A stretch of 28,513 bases of DNA. Origin: an uncultured Selenomonadales bacterium. Its GTDB lineage: Bacteria > Bacillota > Negativicutes > Selenomonadales > Selenomonadaceae. The stretch is taken from NCBI GenBank assembly GCA_947167555.1, contig CAMVIO010000001.1:1-28513 (forward strand), given 5' to 3'. The notes beneath the pieces are model-generated. The model had not been told where the DNA came from. It did no database searches and saw nothing but the letters and a program-made list of their open reading frames with translations. Positions 1-8,785 of the stretch are shown here, in pieces. The stretch's first letter is position 1, and each line of letters begins with the position of its first letter. The position numbers and the translations under genes were made by a program.

Positions 1-99
1 GCGTTCGCAAAGCTCCCGTATCTTTTCCTCGACATACAGCCAGCGTTCCACGCTGTCCGGCAAGATATCCTTGGTGCCCCGCGGGGCCTGTGTCAGCAT
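1..99 (-). CDS. hisS: Histidine--tRNA ligase, N-terminal 33 codons (continues beyond window start)
   Basis: Manual translation from ATG at 99: MLTQAPRGTKDILPDSVERWLYVEEKIRELCER, the HisRS N-terminal PRGTxD motif. SD AGGAGG at 108-113. hemZ-hisS order is common in Firmicutes. Not in the ORF track. Confidence 0.92.
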   Translation of the reverse strand, partial: MLTQAPRGTKDILPDSVERWLYVEEKIRELCER

Positions 100-126
100 T
101 TAATAATCCTCCTAAAATTGTTCCTT

Positions 127-227
127 ACTCCCCCGTCAGCTTCGCTGACACCCCCCTCCCAGAGGGTGGCTATTGACTGCCTCCCTCCGAGAGGGAGGTG
201 GCATGCCGAAGGCATGACGGAGGGAGT
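127..227. repeat. REP/CIR-like composite palindromic element: two related double-hairpin units in inverted orientation
   Basis: Unit A (+,127-170): ACTCCCCCGTCAGC-TTC-GCTGACACCCCCCTC-CCA-GAGGGTGGC. Unit B (-,227-179): ACTCCCTCCGTCATGCC-TTC-GGCATGCCACCTCCCTC-TCG-GAGGGAGGC. 8-nt spacer; the termini ACTCCC/GGGAGT are complementary. Confidence 0.8.
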
Positions 228-244
228 TTTGCTCGTACAACGCT

Positions 245-1729
245 TTACTCTCCGTAAACCTCTTGCAAAAGGCGCGATCTTTTTTCTATATAATAATCGA
301 TCTTATCCAAATAGACCGTGATCTCTTTCGGATGAAACGAGGTTTTCAAATATTTCTGCGTCGGGCTGACGATCTTCGAGGTCGCCGCGCCACCGATGCC
401 GAGAATCGTCTGACGCTCGCCCATGATCTGGATATTGTACATGCTTTCCGCGCCGGGACGGCAGCAGCCGACATTCTCAAGCTGTCCGCTCTGGTAGCCC
501 TGCCGATAGAGATAGTAAGGCGTGAGCCCCATCCGTTTTGTGGCGTCCATCGCAACCGCGAACATTTCCCGCGCCGTCTCATCGTCGGGAAGCTCGGTTT
601 CGGAAAGGTTTTCCTTGAGCCGTGAGCCTTTTTTCAGGGCCAACGCGTGGAGCGTCACATCGTCCGGCGCGAGCGCTGCCAGCTTTTCCATCGTGTCCCT
701 GACGTCCCGGGCGTCTTCCCCCGGCAGGCCGATGATCACATCCATATTGATGCAGGGAATCCCGGCATTTCGCAAATCCCTATACATTTGCACGATATCC
801 TCCGGCTCGTGCCGCCGCCCGATGCGCCGCAGCGTCCGCGCCTGCATCGTCTGCGGATTCGCGCTGACGCGGTTCACATGATAACGTGTCATGCTCTCGA
901 TCTTCGCGGGCGTCATGCTGTCCGGGCGTCCCGCCTCCACGCAGAACTCCACCAGCGAATCCGAAAAAAAAGCGTCGTGAATAGAGCGCAGCACTTCGTC
1001 AAAAATCCCGTCGGGAAGGCTCGTCGGCGTGCCGCCGCCCACATAGATATTCTGCACGCGGAAACCGTACCTCGCCACGGCCTCCCGCACAGCGGCGAGA
1101 TCGCGAAAAAAAACCTCCGTGAACCGCCGGAGCATCTTCTCTCCCGGCAGCACAAAGGCGGGAAAGGAGCAATACAGGCAGCGCGACGGGCAAAACGGGA
1201 TGCCCGCGTAAATGCTGACCGTCCTAGGATCGCTCTGTTGCAGGAAGGGCCGCTGGTAAAGGGAGCTGTCCACGAGAAGCGCTGCCTTATCCGCCCCGAC
1301 GCCAAACTCCGCCCGAAGCCGCGCCACGACCTCTTCCCTTGAGGCGCCGCCGTCCAGCCAGCGATGGACGATCTTCGACGGACGCACGCCGTAAAGGATG
1401 CCCCAGGGCGCCTCCGGCAAGCCAAGCTCGGCCCGAAGCAATTCGTAGAAATTCCACTTGATCAGCCGATGGCGCTCCGAGCGGGGATTCTCTCCGGCAC
1501 GCGCCGCATTTTCCATCGAGCGGCGCCGTATCGTCCCGTCGCCCCCGGAAAAAACGACCTCGGTACGAACGCGAAGTGGAACGTCCTCCGTCGTCTCGTT
1601 CCGCACGGCAATCTCGTCAAACGCGGCGTCCTCATCCGAAACCGCGATTCGGTAAAGGTCGAGCACTTCCCGCAAAACCTTGACAACGACCTGCTCGTCG
1701 CTGTCAACGGTGAATTCTCGGATATTCAC
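245..1729 (-). CDS. hemZ: Coproporphyrinogen dehydrogenase-like radical SAM protein HemZ (HemN family)
   Basis: CxxxCxxC motif (IPFCPSRCLYCSFP), YVGGGTPT, PWGILYGVRPSK, PYYLYRQ and ENVG motifs. GTG start. Confidence 0.9.
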   Translation of the reverse strand: MNIREFTVDSDEQVVVKVLREVLDLYRIAVSDEDAAFDEIAVRNETTEDVPLRVRTEVVFSGGDGTIRRRSMENAARAGENPRSERHRLIKWNFYELLRAELGLPEAPWGILYGVRPSKIVHRWLDGGASREEVVARLRAEFGVGADKAALLVDSSLYQRPFLQQSDPRTVSIYAGIPFCPSRCLYCSFPAFVLPGEKMLRRFTEVFFRDLAAVREAVARYGFRVQNIYVGGGTPTSLPDGIFDEVLRSIHDAFFSDSLVEFCVEAGRPDSMTPAKIESMTRYHVNRVSANPQTMQARTLRRIGRRHEPEDIVQMYRDLRNAGIPCINMDVIIGLPGEDARDVRDTMEKLAALAPDDVTLHALALKKGSRLKENLSETELPDDETAREMFAVAMDATKRMGLTPYYLYRQGYQSGQLENVGCCRPGAESMYNIQIMGERQTILGIGGAATSKIVSPTQKYLKTSFHPKEITVYLDKIDYYIEKRSRLLQEVYGE

Positions 1730-1872
1730 GTCTTATACTACTCGCTGTTAGAAATTTTATTTCCTACAGCGAGTGCATGAGACATCAGACGCGCCGTAGG
1801 TGCGGCTGTAGCCTGCAAAGCAGGCGTTTCTTCGGTCAAAATTTTATTTGAAATTTTGGTCGAAGAATAGTA

Positions 1873-2316
1873 TTACTGGCACTTCTTGCAATAACCGTAA
1901 AAAATGGCCTGATGGTCGACAATCTTGAAGCCGGACTTCTTGTAAATGTCCTTTTCCAGCTTGTCCAGAAGATCGTCCTGGAACTCGAACACCTTCTTGC
2001 ATTTCAGGCAAATCATATGATGATGCTGGTGCTCGTCCGGCGTCATGGTCCCGATCTCATAACGGCTGCATCCGTCGCCGAATTCCATCTTCTGCAGGAT
2101 GCCAAGCTCCGCCAAAAGATCGAGGCTCCGATACACTGTCGCCAATCCAATGTCCTGCGCCTGCTCACGCAAAAGTCCATACACGTCCTCCGCGCTCAGA
2201 TGCTCGCCCGGATGGTCGACAAACACATTGAGAACCGTACGCCTCTGTGTCGTCAGCTTGTGCTTGTTCGACTTCAGGCGCTGCTTGAGCACGTCCATCG
2301 TCATTTTCTCCGGCAT
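1873..2316 (-). CDS. fur: Fur-family transcriptional regulator (likely Fur)
   Basis: HLSAEDVY, IGLATVYRSL, HQHHHMICLKC and C-terminal GYCKKC zinc motifs. SD AGGGGG upstream. Confidence 0.88.
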   Translation of the reverse strand: MPEKMTMDVLKQRLKSNKHKLTTQRRTVLNVFVDHPGEHLSAEDVYGLLREQAQDIGLATVYRSLDLLAELGILQKMEFGDGCSRYEIGTMTPDEHQHHHMICLKCKKVFEFQDDLLDKLEKDIYKKSGFKIVDHQAIFYGYCKKCQ

Positions 2317-2354
2317 GGAATGAGACCCCCTTGCTGTAAATTCATATAAAGATT

Positions 2355-2383
2355 ATTTTACAGTACGCATTCCTATTTTGCAA
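2355..2383 (-). promoter_or_regulatory. Sigma70/A promoter for fur
   Basis: Minus strand TTGCAA (2383-2378), 17 bp, TAAAAT (2360-2355). Confidence 0.65.
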
Positions 2384-2402
2384 TATGCAAAGCACACCAC
2401 AA

Positions 2403-2939
2403 CTAAAATTCAATTCCAAGCTGCGCTTTGATCCCTTTCTGGAACGGATGCTTGACGAGCTTCATTTCCGTCACAAGATCAGCTGCGGCAACCAATTCCG
2501 GCGCGGCGTCGCGGCCAGTCAATACGAGATGGAGGTTCCGCGGCTTTTCGTTGACGAGACGCAGCACATCCTCCGTTTCGAGCAAACCGAATTTCACCGC
2601 GTAATTGATCTCGTCCAAGATGATCAAATCCCACGCGCCGGAAACGATCTCCTGCTCCGCCTCGCGGATCGCTTCTTTTGCCGCCGCGATGTGCTCCGCT
2701 TTCCGACTCTCGTCGCGCCTCGTGAAGCCAAGCCCGCACTGCCGGACCTCGATGGTGTCCCGAACGCCCTTCAATGCCTTGATCGCTTCCAGCTCTCCGT
2801 AACGCTGCCCGCCCTTGATGAATTGCAGGATGAGAACGCGCAGGCCGCTGCCCCATGCGCGCAGAGCAAGCCCCAGCGCAGCGGTCGTCTTCCCTTTACC
2901 GTCCCCCGTATGCACGATTACAAGTCCTTGACGTTCCAT
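2403..2939 (-). CDS. cobO: Cob(I)yrinic acid a,c-diamide adenosyltransferase (CobO/BtuR)
   Basis: P-loop HTGDGKGKTTAALG, QFIKG, ILDEIN, VLTGR, HPFQKG. Start trimmed to ATG at 2939 (SD GGAGGAG 2949-2955); the longer ORF-track start runs through a terminator. Confidence 0.88.
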   Translation of the reverse strand: MERQGLVIVHTGDGKGKTTAALGLALRAWGSGLRVLILQFIKGGQRYGELEAIKALKGVRDTIEVRQCGLGFTRRDESRKAEHIAAAKEAIREAEQEIVSGAWDLIILDEINYAVKFGLLETEDVLRLVNEKPRNLHLVLTGRDAAPELVAAADLVTEMKLVKHPFQKGIKAQLGIEF

Positions 2940-2965
2940 TTGGCGCATCTCCTCCCAAAATCTAC

Positions 2966-3007
2966 ATAAAGAAAACCCCGCAGCCTTCAAATGAGGCGCG
3001 GGGTTTT
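2966..3007 (-). terminator. Intrinsic terminator after rplQ
   Basis: AAAACCCCGC (2972-2981) pairs with GCGGGGTTTT (2998-3007), with an inner stem; on the minus strand it runs into TTTTCTTTAT. Confidence 0.85.
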
Positions 3008-3038
3008 GTCTGCCCTGCCATTCGTAAACAGAGACGAA

Positions 3039-3374
3039 TTACACGAGCTCCAGCAAAGCCATCGGCGCCGCGTCTCCACGACGGGGGCCGAGCTTCAGGA
3101 TGCGCGTATAGCCGCCCTGACGATCTTTATACTTGTCTGCAATCTCATCGAACAGTTTCCGGACGACGTCCTCGTCATAAAGACGGGCAATCGCCGTACG
3201 ACGTGCGGCAAGATCGCCGCGCTTCGCCAAAGTGATAAGCTGATCCGCCAGGCCGCTGACTTCCTTCGCCTTCGCCTCCGTCGTCTCAATCCGGCCATGC
3301 CGGAAGAAGGAGGTCAGAACGCTGCGAAAGAGCGCTTTGCGTGCGCTGGAATCACGTCCCAATTTTCTGTACAT
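3039..3374 (-). CDS. rplQ: 50S ribosomal protein L17
   Basis: [35 protein letters not shown]. Confidence 0.98.
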   Translation of the reverse strand: MYRKLGRDSSARKALFRSVLTSFFRHGRIETTEAKAKEVSGLADQLITLAKRGDLAARRTAIARLYDEDVVRKLFDEIADKYKDRQGGYTRILKLGPRRGDAAPMALLELV

Positions 3375-3539
3375 GAATTTCCCTCTTTCCTTAAAATGCC
3401 ATAAATCAAATTTTTCTCCGAAGGAGAAAAATCACTCCAACCAGCATTTCAACAAGGCGTGAGGCGGTCGGGAGATTTAAACTCCCTCCGACCTCCGATA
3501 TACATCCCCGCCTATAGAGGTGGGAACATCTCAGCCTTG

Positions 3540-4499
3540 TTATATTTCCCCTTGTGAAAGCGACAGGTTCAATTCCTGCAACTTTTTCTTGACTTCCTCG
3601 AGCGACTTGCGGCCAAGATTGCGGACCTTTATCATCTCTTCTTCTGTTTTCTCCGTCAAGTCCGCCACCGTGTTGATATTGGCACGCTTCAGGCAGTTGT
3701 AGGAGCGGACAGACAGATCGAGGTCCTCGATCGTCAGCTCCAACACCTTCGCCGTGTCATTTTCCTGCGGCTCCAGGAACGTCTCCGTTTCGCCCTCTTC
3801 TTCTTCCGCCATGCCGGCCATATTCTGGAACAGCTTCAGATGCATGATCAGAATGCCGGCCGCCTTGCTGAGCGCTTCCTCCGGACGGATGGAGCCGTCG
3901 GTCCAAACCTCCAGCGTCAGCTTGTCATAGTCGGTGACATTGCCGACGCGCGTATCGGCGACGGAATAGTTTACGCGCAGAATCGGAGAGAAAATGGAAT
4001 CAATGGGAATGACCCCGATGACATGATCCACTCTCTTGTTCTTGTCCGCAGGGACATATCCGCGGCCGCGCTCCACTGTCATTTCCATATGAAGCGAACC
4101 GTCGTCATTGAGCGTCGCGATATGGAGTTCCGGATTCAAGATCTCAATGTCCGAGTCCACCGTGATATCGGCAGCCGTAACTTCCTTCGCCCCGTCCACG
4201 TCCAGACGGATGGTTTTCGGCTCATCGGTATACATCTTCAGGCACAAGGACTTCAGGTTCAGGATGATATTTGTAACATCGTCGCGAACCCCCGGAATCG
4301 TCGAAAATTCGTGAAGCACCCCGTCAATGCGGATAGCGGTGATAGCCGCGCCCTGCAAAGAGGAGAGGAGAATACGGCGCAGGCTGTTGCCGAACGTCGT
4401 CCCGTATCCGCGCTCCAGCGGCTCGCATATAAACTTACCGTAGCGATTGTCTTCGCTGATCTCCACGATCTCGATCTTAGGTTTTTCGATTTCGACCAT
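3540..4499 (-). CDS. rpoA: RNA polymerase alpha subunit
   Basis: [42 protein letters not shown]. Start trimmed to ATG at 4499 (SD GGGGAGGG at 4508-4515). Confidence 0.98.
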   Translation of the reverse strand: MVEIEKPKIEIVEISEDNRYGKFICEPLERGYGTTFGNSLRRILLSSLQGAAITAIRIDGVLHEFSTIPGVRDDVTNIILNLKSLCLKMYTDEPKTIRLDVDGAKEVTAADITVDSDIEILNPELHIATLNDDGSLHMEMTVERGRGYVPADKNKRVDHVIGVIPIDSIFSPILRVNYSVADTRVGNVTDYDKLTLEVWTDGSIRPEEALSKAAGILIMHLKLFQNMAGMAEEEEGETETFLEPQENDTAKVLELTIEDLDLSVRSYNCLKRANINTVADLTEKTEEEMIKVRNLGRKSLEEVKKKLQELNLSLSQGEI

Positions 4500-4562
4500 C
4501 TGGAATACCCTCCCCAATAATCCAATGCACTTTGCAACAGAACAAATCCGAAGTCAAAGAAA

Positions 4563-5156
4563 TTATTTGGAGTACAACTCGACGATCGCCTGCTCGCTGA
4601 CCGGCACATCGATTTCCTCACGGTTCGGATATCGGGTCACTTTGCCGGAAAGATTGGATTTGTCCGCTTCCAACCAAGCCGGAACGCTCAATGTGTTGTA
4701 GTTCTCCGCCAGTTCCTTGAAGAAAGCGTTGGAACGGCTCTTTTCCGAAACCGTGATCACGTCGCCCTCATATACCAGCGCGGACGGGATGTCGAGGCGC
4801 TTGCCGTTGACCAGGATATGGCCGTGACGGACGACCTGACGAGCCTGACGACGCGTAGACGCAAGACCGAGACGGAACACGACATTGTCAATACGGCGCT
4901 CGAGAAGCTTCAACAGGTTCTCACCAGTGACGCCCTGCATTTTCTTGGCCTTGTCATAATAGCCGCGGAACTGCTTTTCCATGACGCCGTAGATGAATTT
5001 CGCCTTCTGCTTCTCTTTCAGCTGAAGCCCGTACTCGCTGACCTTGCGGTTCGTGCGCTTCGGCTGGCGCTTCGATTTCTTTGAAAGCCCGAGAACTGCC
5101 GGCTCGATGCCGAGCGAACGGCACCGTTTGAGGCTTGCCACTCTATCAATTGCCAT
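4563..5156 (-). CDS. rpsD: 30S ribosomal protein S4 (no N-terminal zinc ribbon)
   Basis: [45 protein letters not shown]. Confidence 0.98.
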   Translation of the reverse strand: MAIDRVASLKRCRSLGIEPAVLGLSKKSKRQPKRTNRKVSEYGLQLKEKQKAKFIYGVMEKQFRGYYDKAKKMQGVTGENLLKLLERRIDNVVFRLGLASTRRQARQVVRHGHILVNGKRLDIPSALVYEGDVITVSEKSRSNAFFKELAENYNTLSVPAWLEADKSNLSGKVTRYPNREEIDVPVSEQAIVELYSK

Positions 5157-5174
5157 CTATTTCTGCACCCCCTA

Positions 5175-5567
5175 TTATACCCTTCTCCGCTTCGGCGGGC
5201 GGCACCCGTTGTGCGGAATCGGAGTAACGTCTTTAATCATGTTGACCTCAAGGCCCGTCGCCTGCAAGGAGCGGATAGCGGCCTCGCGGCCAGCGCCCGG
5301 TCCCTTGACGTAAACCTCGACCTGCTTCAGGCCATGCTCCATGGCGGCCTTCGCCGCCGTCTCAGCAGCCATCTGCGCGGCAAACGGGGTGGACTTACGC
5401 GACCCGCGGAAGCCGAGTCCGCCGGCGCTGGCCCACGAGATCGCGTTGCCGTTCTTGTCCGTCAACGTGACAATCGTATTGTTGAACGTAGAGCTGATAT
5501 GCGCTACGCCAGATTCTATATTCTTGCGGTCTTTTTTCTTCGTACGAACCGTTTTCTTTACTGCCAA
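5175..5567 (-). CDS. rpsK: 30S ribosomal protein S11
   Basis: [44 protein letters not shown] start. Confidence 0.99.
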   Translation of the reverse strand: MAVKKTVRTKKKDRKNIESGVAHISSTFNNTIVTLTDKNGNAISWASAGGLGFRGSRKSTPFAAQMAAETAAKAAMEHGLKQVEVYVKGPGAGREAAIRSLQATGLEVNMIKDVTPIPHNGCRPPKRRRV

Positions 5568-5581
5568 AGCCTATCCCTCCC

Positions 5582-5953
5582 TTAATCCTTTTTCTTTCCC
5601 GCAATCGTCTTTCTCGGTCCCTTACGGGTACGGGCGTTGTTCTTCGTGTTCTGCCCGCGAACCGGAAGGCCAAGACGATGACGGCGGCCGCGGTAGCAGC
5701 CAATCTCGACGAGACGCTTGATATTCAGCGAAACCTCACGACGAAGGTCGCCTTCGACCATGACGTCACGATCGATCAACTCACGGAGCTTTACGACCTC
5801 GTCCTCCGTCAGATCGCGAGTGCGGGTATCGGGATTGATGCCGCCCTCAGCAAGGAGCTTCTTGGAAGTCGTCAGGCCGATTCCATAGATGTATGTCAAA
5901 GCAATTTCAATTCGTTTGTCACGCGGCAAATCGACGCCGGCAATACGTGCCAT
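5582..5953 (-). CDS. rpsM: 30S ribosomal protein S13
   Basis: [32 protein letters not shown]. Confidence 0.99.
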   Translation of the reverse strand: MARIAGVDLPRDKRIEIALTYIYGIGLTTSKKLLAEGGINPDTRTRDLTEDEVVKLRELIDRDVMVEGDLRREVSLNIKRLVEIGCYRGRRHRLGLPVRGQNTKNNARTRKGPRKTIAGKKKD

Positions 5954-5973
5954 AAAACGAGCACCTCCTTTTC

Positions 5974-6087
5974 TTAACCTTGTCTCTGCTTATGCTTCGG
6001 ATTCTCGCAAATGACCATGACCCGGCCCTTGCGTTTGATAACTTTGCATTTTTCACAAATTGGCTTCACGGAAGGCTTCACTTTCAT
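5974..6087 (-). CDS. rpmJ: 50S ribosomal protein L36 (zinc-binding type)
   Basis: Manual translation [45 protein letters not shown] upstream. Below the ORF-track length cutoff. Confidence 0.99.
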   Translation of the reverse strand: MKVKPSVKPICEKCKVIKRKGRVMVICENPKHKQRQG

Positions 6088-6127
6088 TGTGCTTTTCCTC
6101 CTTTTCCTTTCCTGTACGCCTTTACCC

Positions 6128-6346
6128 TTATTTGAAACGATAGGTTATACGGCCACGGGTCAAGTCGTACGGTGTAAGCTCAATCGTGACCTTATCTCCA
6201 GGCAGGATGCGAATGAAATTCATGCGGATCTTACCTGATACATGCGCCAAAACGACATGGCCGTTTTCGAGTTCGACCTGAAACATCGCATTGGGCAATG
6301 CCTCAAGTACCTTCCCTTCTACTTCAATAACATCTTGCTTGGACAT
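6128..6346 (-). CDS. infA: Translation initiation factor IF-1
   Basis: [34 protein letters not shown]-like [13 protein letters not shown]. Confidence 0.99.
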   Translation of the reverse strand: MSKQDVIEVEGKVLEALPNAMFQVELENGHVVLAHVSGKIRMNFIRILPGDKVTIELTPYDLTRGRITYRFK

Positions 6347-6410
6347 CAGTTTTGCTCCTTAATCTTATCAAAGCCCGTCATAACGCTCTGCCTTTCCGTC
6401 CCGACAAGCG

Positions 6411-7055
6411 TTACTTTTCCAGGCACGCGGTTATATCGGCAAAAACCTTGCTCATCGCCTGACTGCCGTCAATCTCGCTGTAAAGTCCGGCTTTCTGATA
6501 GTAGCTGATGAGCGGCTTTGTCTGCGCTTCATAGACCGAGAGGCGGCTCTTCATCGTCTCCTCGCTGTCGTCCGCGCGCTGATATGTCTCGCCTCCGCAC
6601 TTATCGCATACCCCGTCGGTCTTCGACGGATTGAACTTGATATGATAGGCGGCTCCGCATTTCTTGCAGACGCGTCGTCCGATTGCGCGCTCGATCAGAG
6701 CGCTTGTCGGGACGCTGATGTCCACGGCCCGGGTCAGGCGAATCGAGAGCTCTTTCAGGATCCCGTCCAGCGCGTCGGCCTGCTCGACCGTACGCGGAAA
6801 ACCGTCCAGTATAAAGCCCTTCGCGCAATCCGGTTTCGCGAGACGCTCCTTGACAATCCCGATCGTGATCTCATCGGGAACAAGCTGCCCCGCGTCCATG
6901 CATGCTTTCGCTTTCTTGCCGAGCTCCGTGCCTTCTTTCACAGCAGCGCGGAACATATCCCCTGTCGAAATATGAGGAATGTTATACTTCTGCACCAGAT
7001 TGGCCGCTTGTGTGCCCTTGCCGGCGCCCGGCGGCCCCATCAACAGGATGTACAT
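6411..7055 (-). CDS. adk: Adenylate kinase (zinc-LID type)
   Basis: [31 protein letters not shown]...CDKC LID, QRADD. Confidence 0.98.
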   Translation of the reverse strand: MYILLMGPPGAGKGTQAANLVQKYNIPHISTGDMFRAAVKEGTELGKKAKACMDAGQLVPDEITIGIVKERLAKPDCAKGFILDGFPRTVEQADALDGILKELSIRLTRAVDISVPTSALIERAIGRRVCKKCGAAYHIKFNPSKTDGVCDKCGGETYQRADDSEETMKSRLSVYEAQTKPLISYYQKAGLYSEIDGSQAMSKVFADITACLEK

Positions 7056-7067
7056 TATCTTCCTCCT

Positions 7068-8324
7068 TTACTTCATAAAACCTTGGTAATGACGCATCAC
7101 TACCATGGCCTCAATCTGCTTCATCGTATCAAGCGCGACTCCGACGACAATCAGGAGTGCCGTTCCGCCAAAGTACACGCCTTCGATATTCGTCGCACCT
7201 GCGACCATATTCGGCAGGATGGCGATGAATGCCAGGAAAAACGCTCCCGCAAGTGTGATACGGGTCAAAACATAATCCAAATAATCTTCGGTGGGCTTAC
7301 CCGGACGGATGCCCGGAATAAAGCCTCCGTATTTTTTCAGGTTCTCCGCCATATCCGGTATCTTCACAGTCACCGCAGTGTAAAAATATGTGAAGAACAG
7401 GATCAATAAAGCGTATAACGTCGTCTGCAGCGGCGTTCCCCAAGCGAAATAGCCTGCGACTGTTTTCACCCAAGGGATGTCCACAAACTGGGCTACCGTC
7501 ACCGGGAACATCAATACGGACGATGCAAAGATGATCGGAATGACGCCCGCCTGATTGACCTTCAACGGAATATGGCTCGAATGACCGCCATAGGCTCTCG
7601 CACCAACGACCCGCTTCGCGTAGGAAATCGGAATCCTGCGATGCGCCTGATGGATCAAGATGACAAACACAACCATTGCAACCGCAATGAGCGCAAATAT
7701 GACCACATTGAAAGCGTTGATCGTACCTGCCTGCAAATAACGGTAAATCTTTTCCAGATTTTTCGGAAGTGCAGCGACGATACCTGCAAAGATGATCAGC
7801 GAGATGCCGTTTCCGACGCCCTGCGCCGTCATCTGCTCGCCGACCCACATCAGGAATACCGTCCCCGCCGTGAGCGTAATCGCAATCACGAGAATCGATG
7901 GGATTCCCGGATTGAGGATGGCGTCCTTGAGGCCGATCGACATACCGATAGCCTGAAGGAAAGCCAGCGCCACGGTGAAGTATCGCGTAACCTGTGTAGT
8001 CTTCTTGTGGCCTTCCTGCCCCTCCTTGGACCATTGCTCCAACGTCGGAATCACAACTGTCAAAAGCTGGATTATGATGGAAGCGTTGATATAAGGAGTG
8101 ATGCTCATCGCGAAGATGGAAAACTTGCTCAAGGCTCCGCCCGAGAACAAATCCAACAGGCCAAACAAGTTGCCGCTGCTGAAAAGCTGCTCAATCACGG
8201 CGGGATTCACGCCGGGAACCGGGATATGCGTTCCCATCCTGAAAATGGCGAACATGATCAGGGTGAACGTGATTTTCTGCCTCAGTTCAGGAATTCTGTA
8301 GATGTTCGAGAGGGCTGAAAGCAC
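7068..8324 (-). CDS. secY: Preprotein translocase subunit SecY
   Basis: HIPVPG, FSIFAMSITPYINASII, GVGNGISLIIF, PLKVNQAGVIPIIFA, GGFIPGIRPG. GTG start. Confidence 0.99.
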   Translation of the reverse strand: MLSALSNIYRIPELRQKITFTLIMFAIFRMGTHIPVPGVNPAVIEQLFSSGNLFGLLDLFSGGALSKFSIFAMSITPYINASIIIQLLTVVIPTLEQWSKEGQEGHKKTTQVTRYFTVALAFLQAIGMSIGLKDAILNPGIPSILVIAITLTAGTVFLMWVGEQMTAQGVGNGISLIIFAGIVAALPKNLEKIYRYLQAGTINAFNVVIFALIAVAMVVFVILIHQAHRRIPISYAKRVVGARAYGGHSSHIPLKVNQAGVIPIIFASSVLMFPVTVAQFVDIPWVKTVAGYFAWGTPLQTTLYALLILFFTYFYTAVTVKIPDMAENLKKYGGFIPGIRPGKPTEDYLDYVLTRITLAGAFFLAFIAILPNMVAGATNIEGVYFGGTALLIVVGVALDTMKQIEAMVVMRHYQGFMK

Positions 8325-8325
8325 C

Positions 8326-8766
8326 TCAGATCACCTCTACTTCCCCACCTGCCGCCTTGATCTTGTTCTCCGCCGATTTGGTGAAGCCGTTGGCTTTCAC
8401 CGTCAATTTCTTCGTCAGCTCCCCGTCGCCGAGAATCCGGACGCCGTCGAAAACATTCTTCAAAATGCCCTCTTCGATCAGGGCCACCGGATCGACTACC
8501 GCGCCGTCCTCAAAACGGTTCAGCGAGGAGACATTGACCTCAGCATATTCTTTCGCAAAAATATTCTTGAAGCCGCGCTTCGGAAGACGACGATACAGAG
8601 GCATCTGGCCGCCTTCAAAGCCGGTACGGACGCCGCCGCCGGAACGGGAATTCTGTCCCTTCTGGCCACGACCCGACGTCTTGCCAAGGCCGCTGCCGAG
8701 ACCGCGTCCCCGACGGGTGCGCGTTTTTCTCGAGCCCGGCTCCGGGCTCAGTTCATGCAATTTCAT
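8326..8766 (-). CDS. rplO: 50S ribosomal protein L15
   Basis: [37 protein letters not shown]. Start trimmed to ATG at 8766 (SD GGGAGG). Confidence 0.98.
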   Translation of the reverse strand: MKLHELSPEPGSRKTRTRRGRGLGSGLGKTSGRGQKGQNSRSGGGVRTGFEGGQMPLYRRLPKRGFKNIFAKEYAEVNVSSLNRFEDGAVVDPVALIEEGILKNVFDGVRILGDGELTKKLTVKANGFTKSAENKIKAAGGEVEVI

Positions 8767-8785
8767 CAAATGTACCTCCCGATCC

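Noticed and set aside
118-321. 67-aa plus-strand ORF (…LPPRGRWHAEGMTEG…)
   Set aside because: It is a read-through of the palindromic element and the antisense end of hemZ; no SD or protein-like features.
3481-3490. ACTCCCTCCG identical to the end of unit B of the 127-227 element
   Set aside because: Only 10 nt match and the rest of the unit is absent; too short to call a second copy.
6088-6127. Purine-rich AGGAAAGGAAAAGGAGGAAAAG run before rpmJ
   Set aside because: Explained as an extended SD region; not a repeat array.
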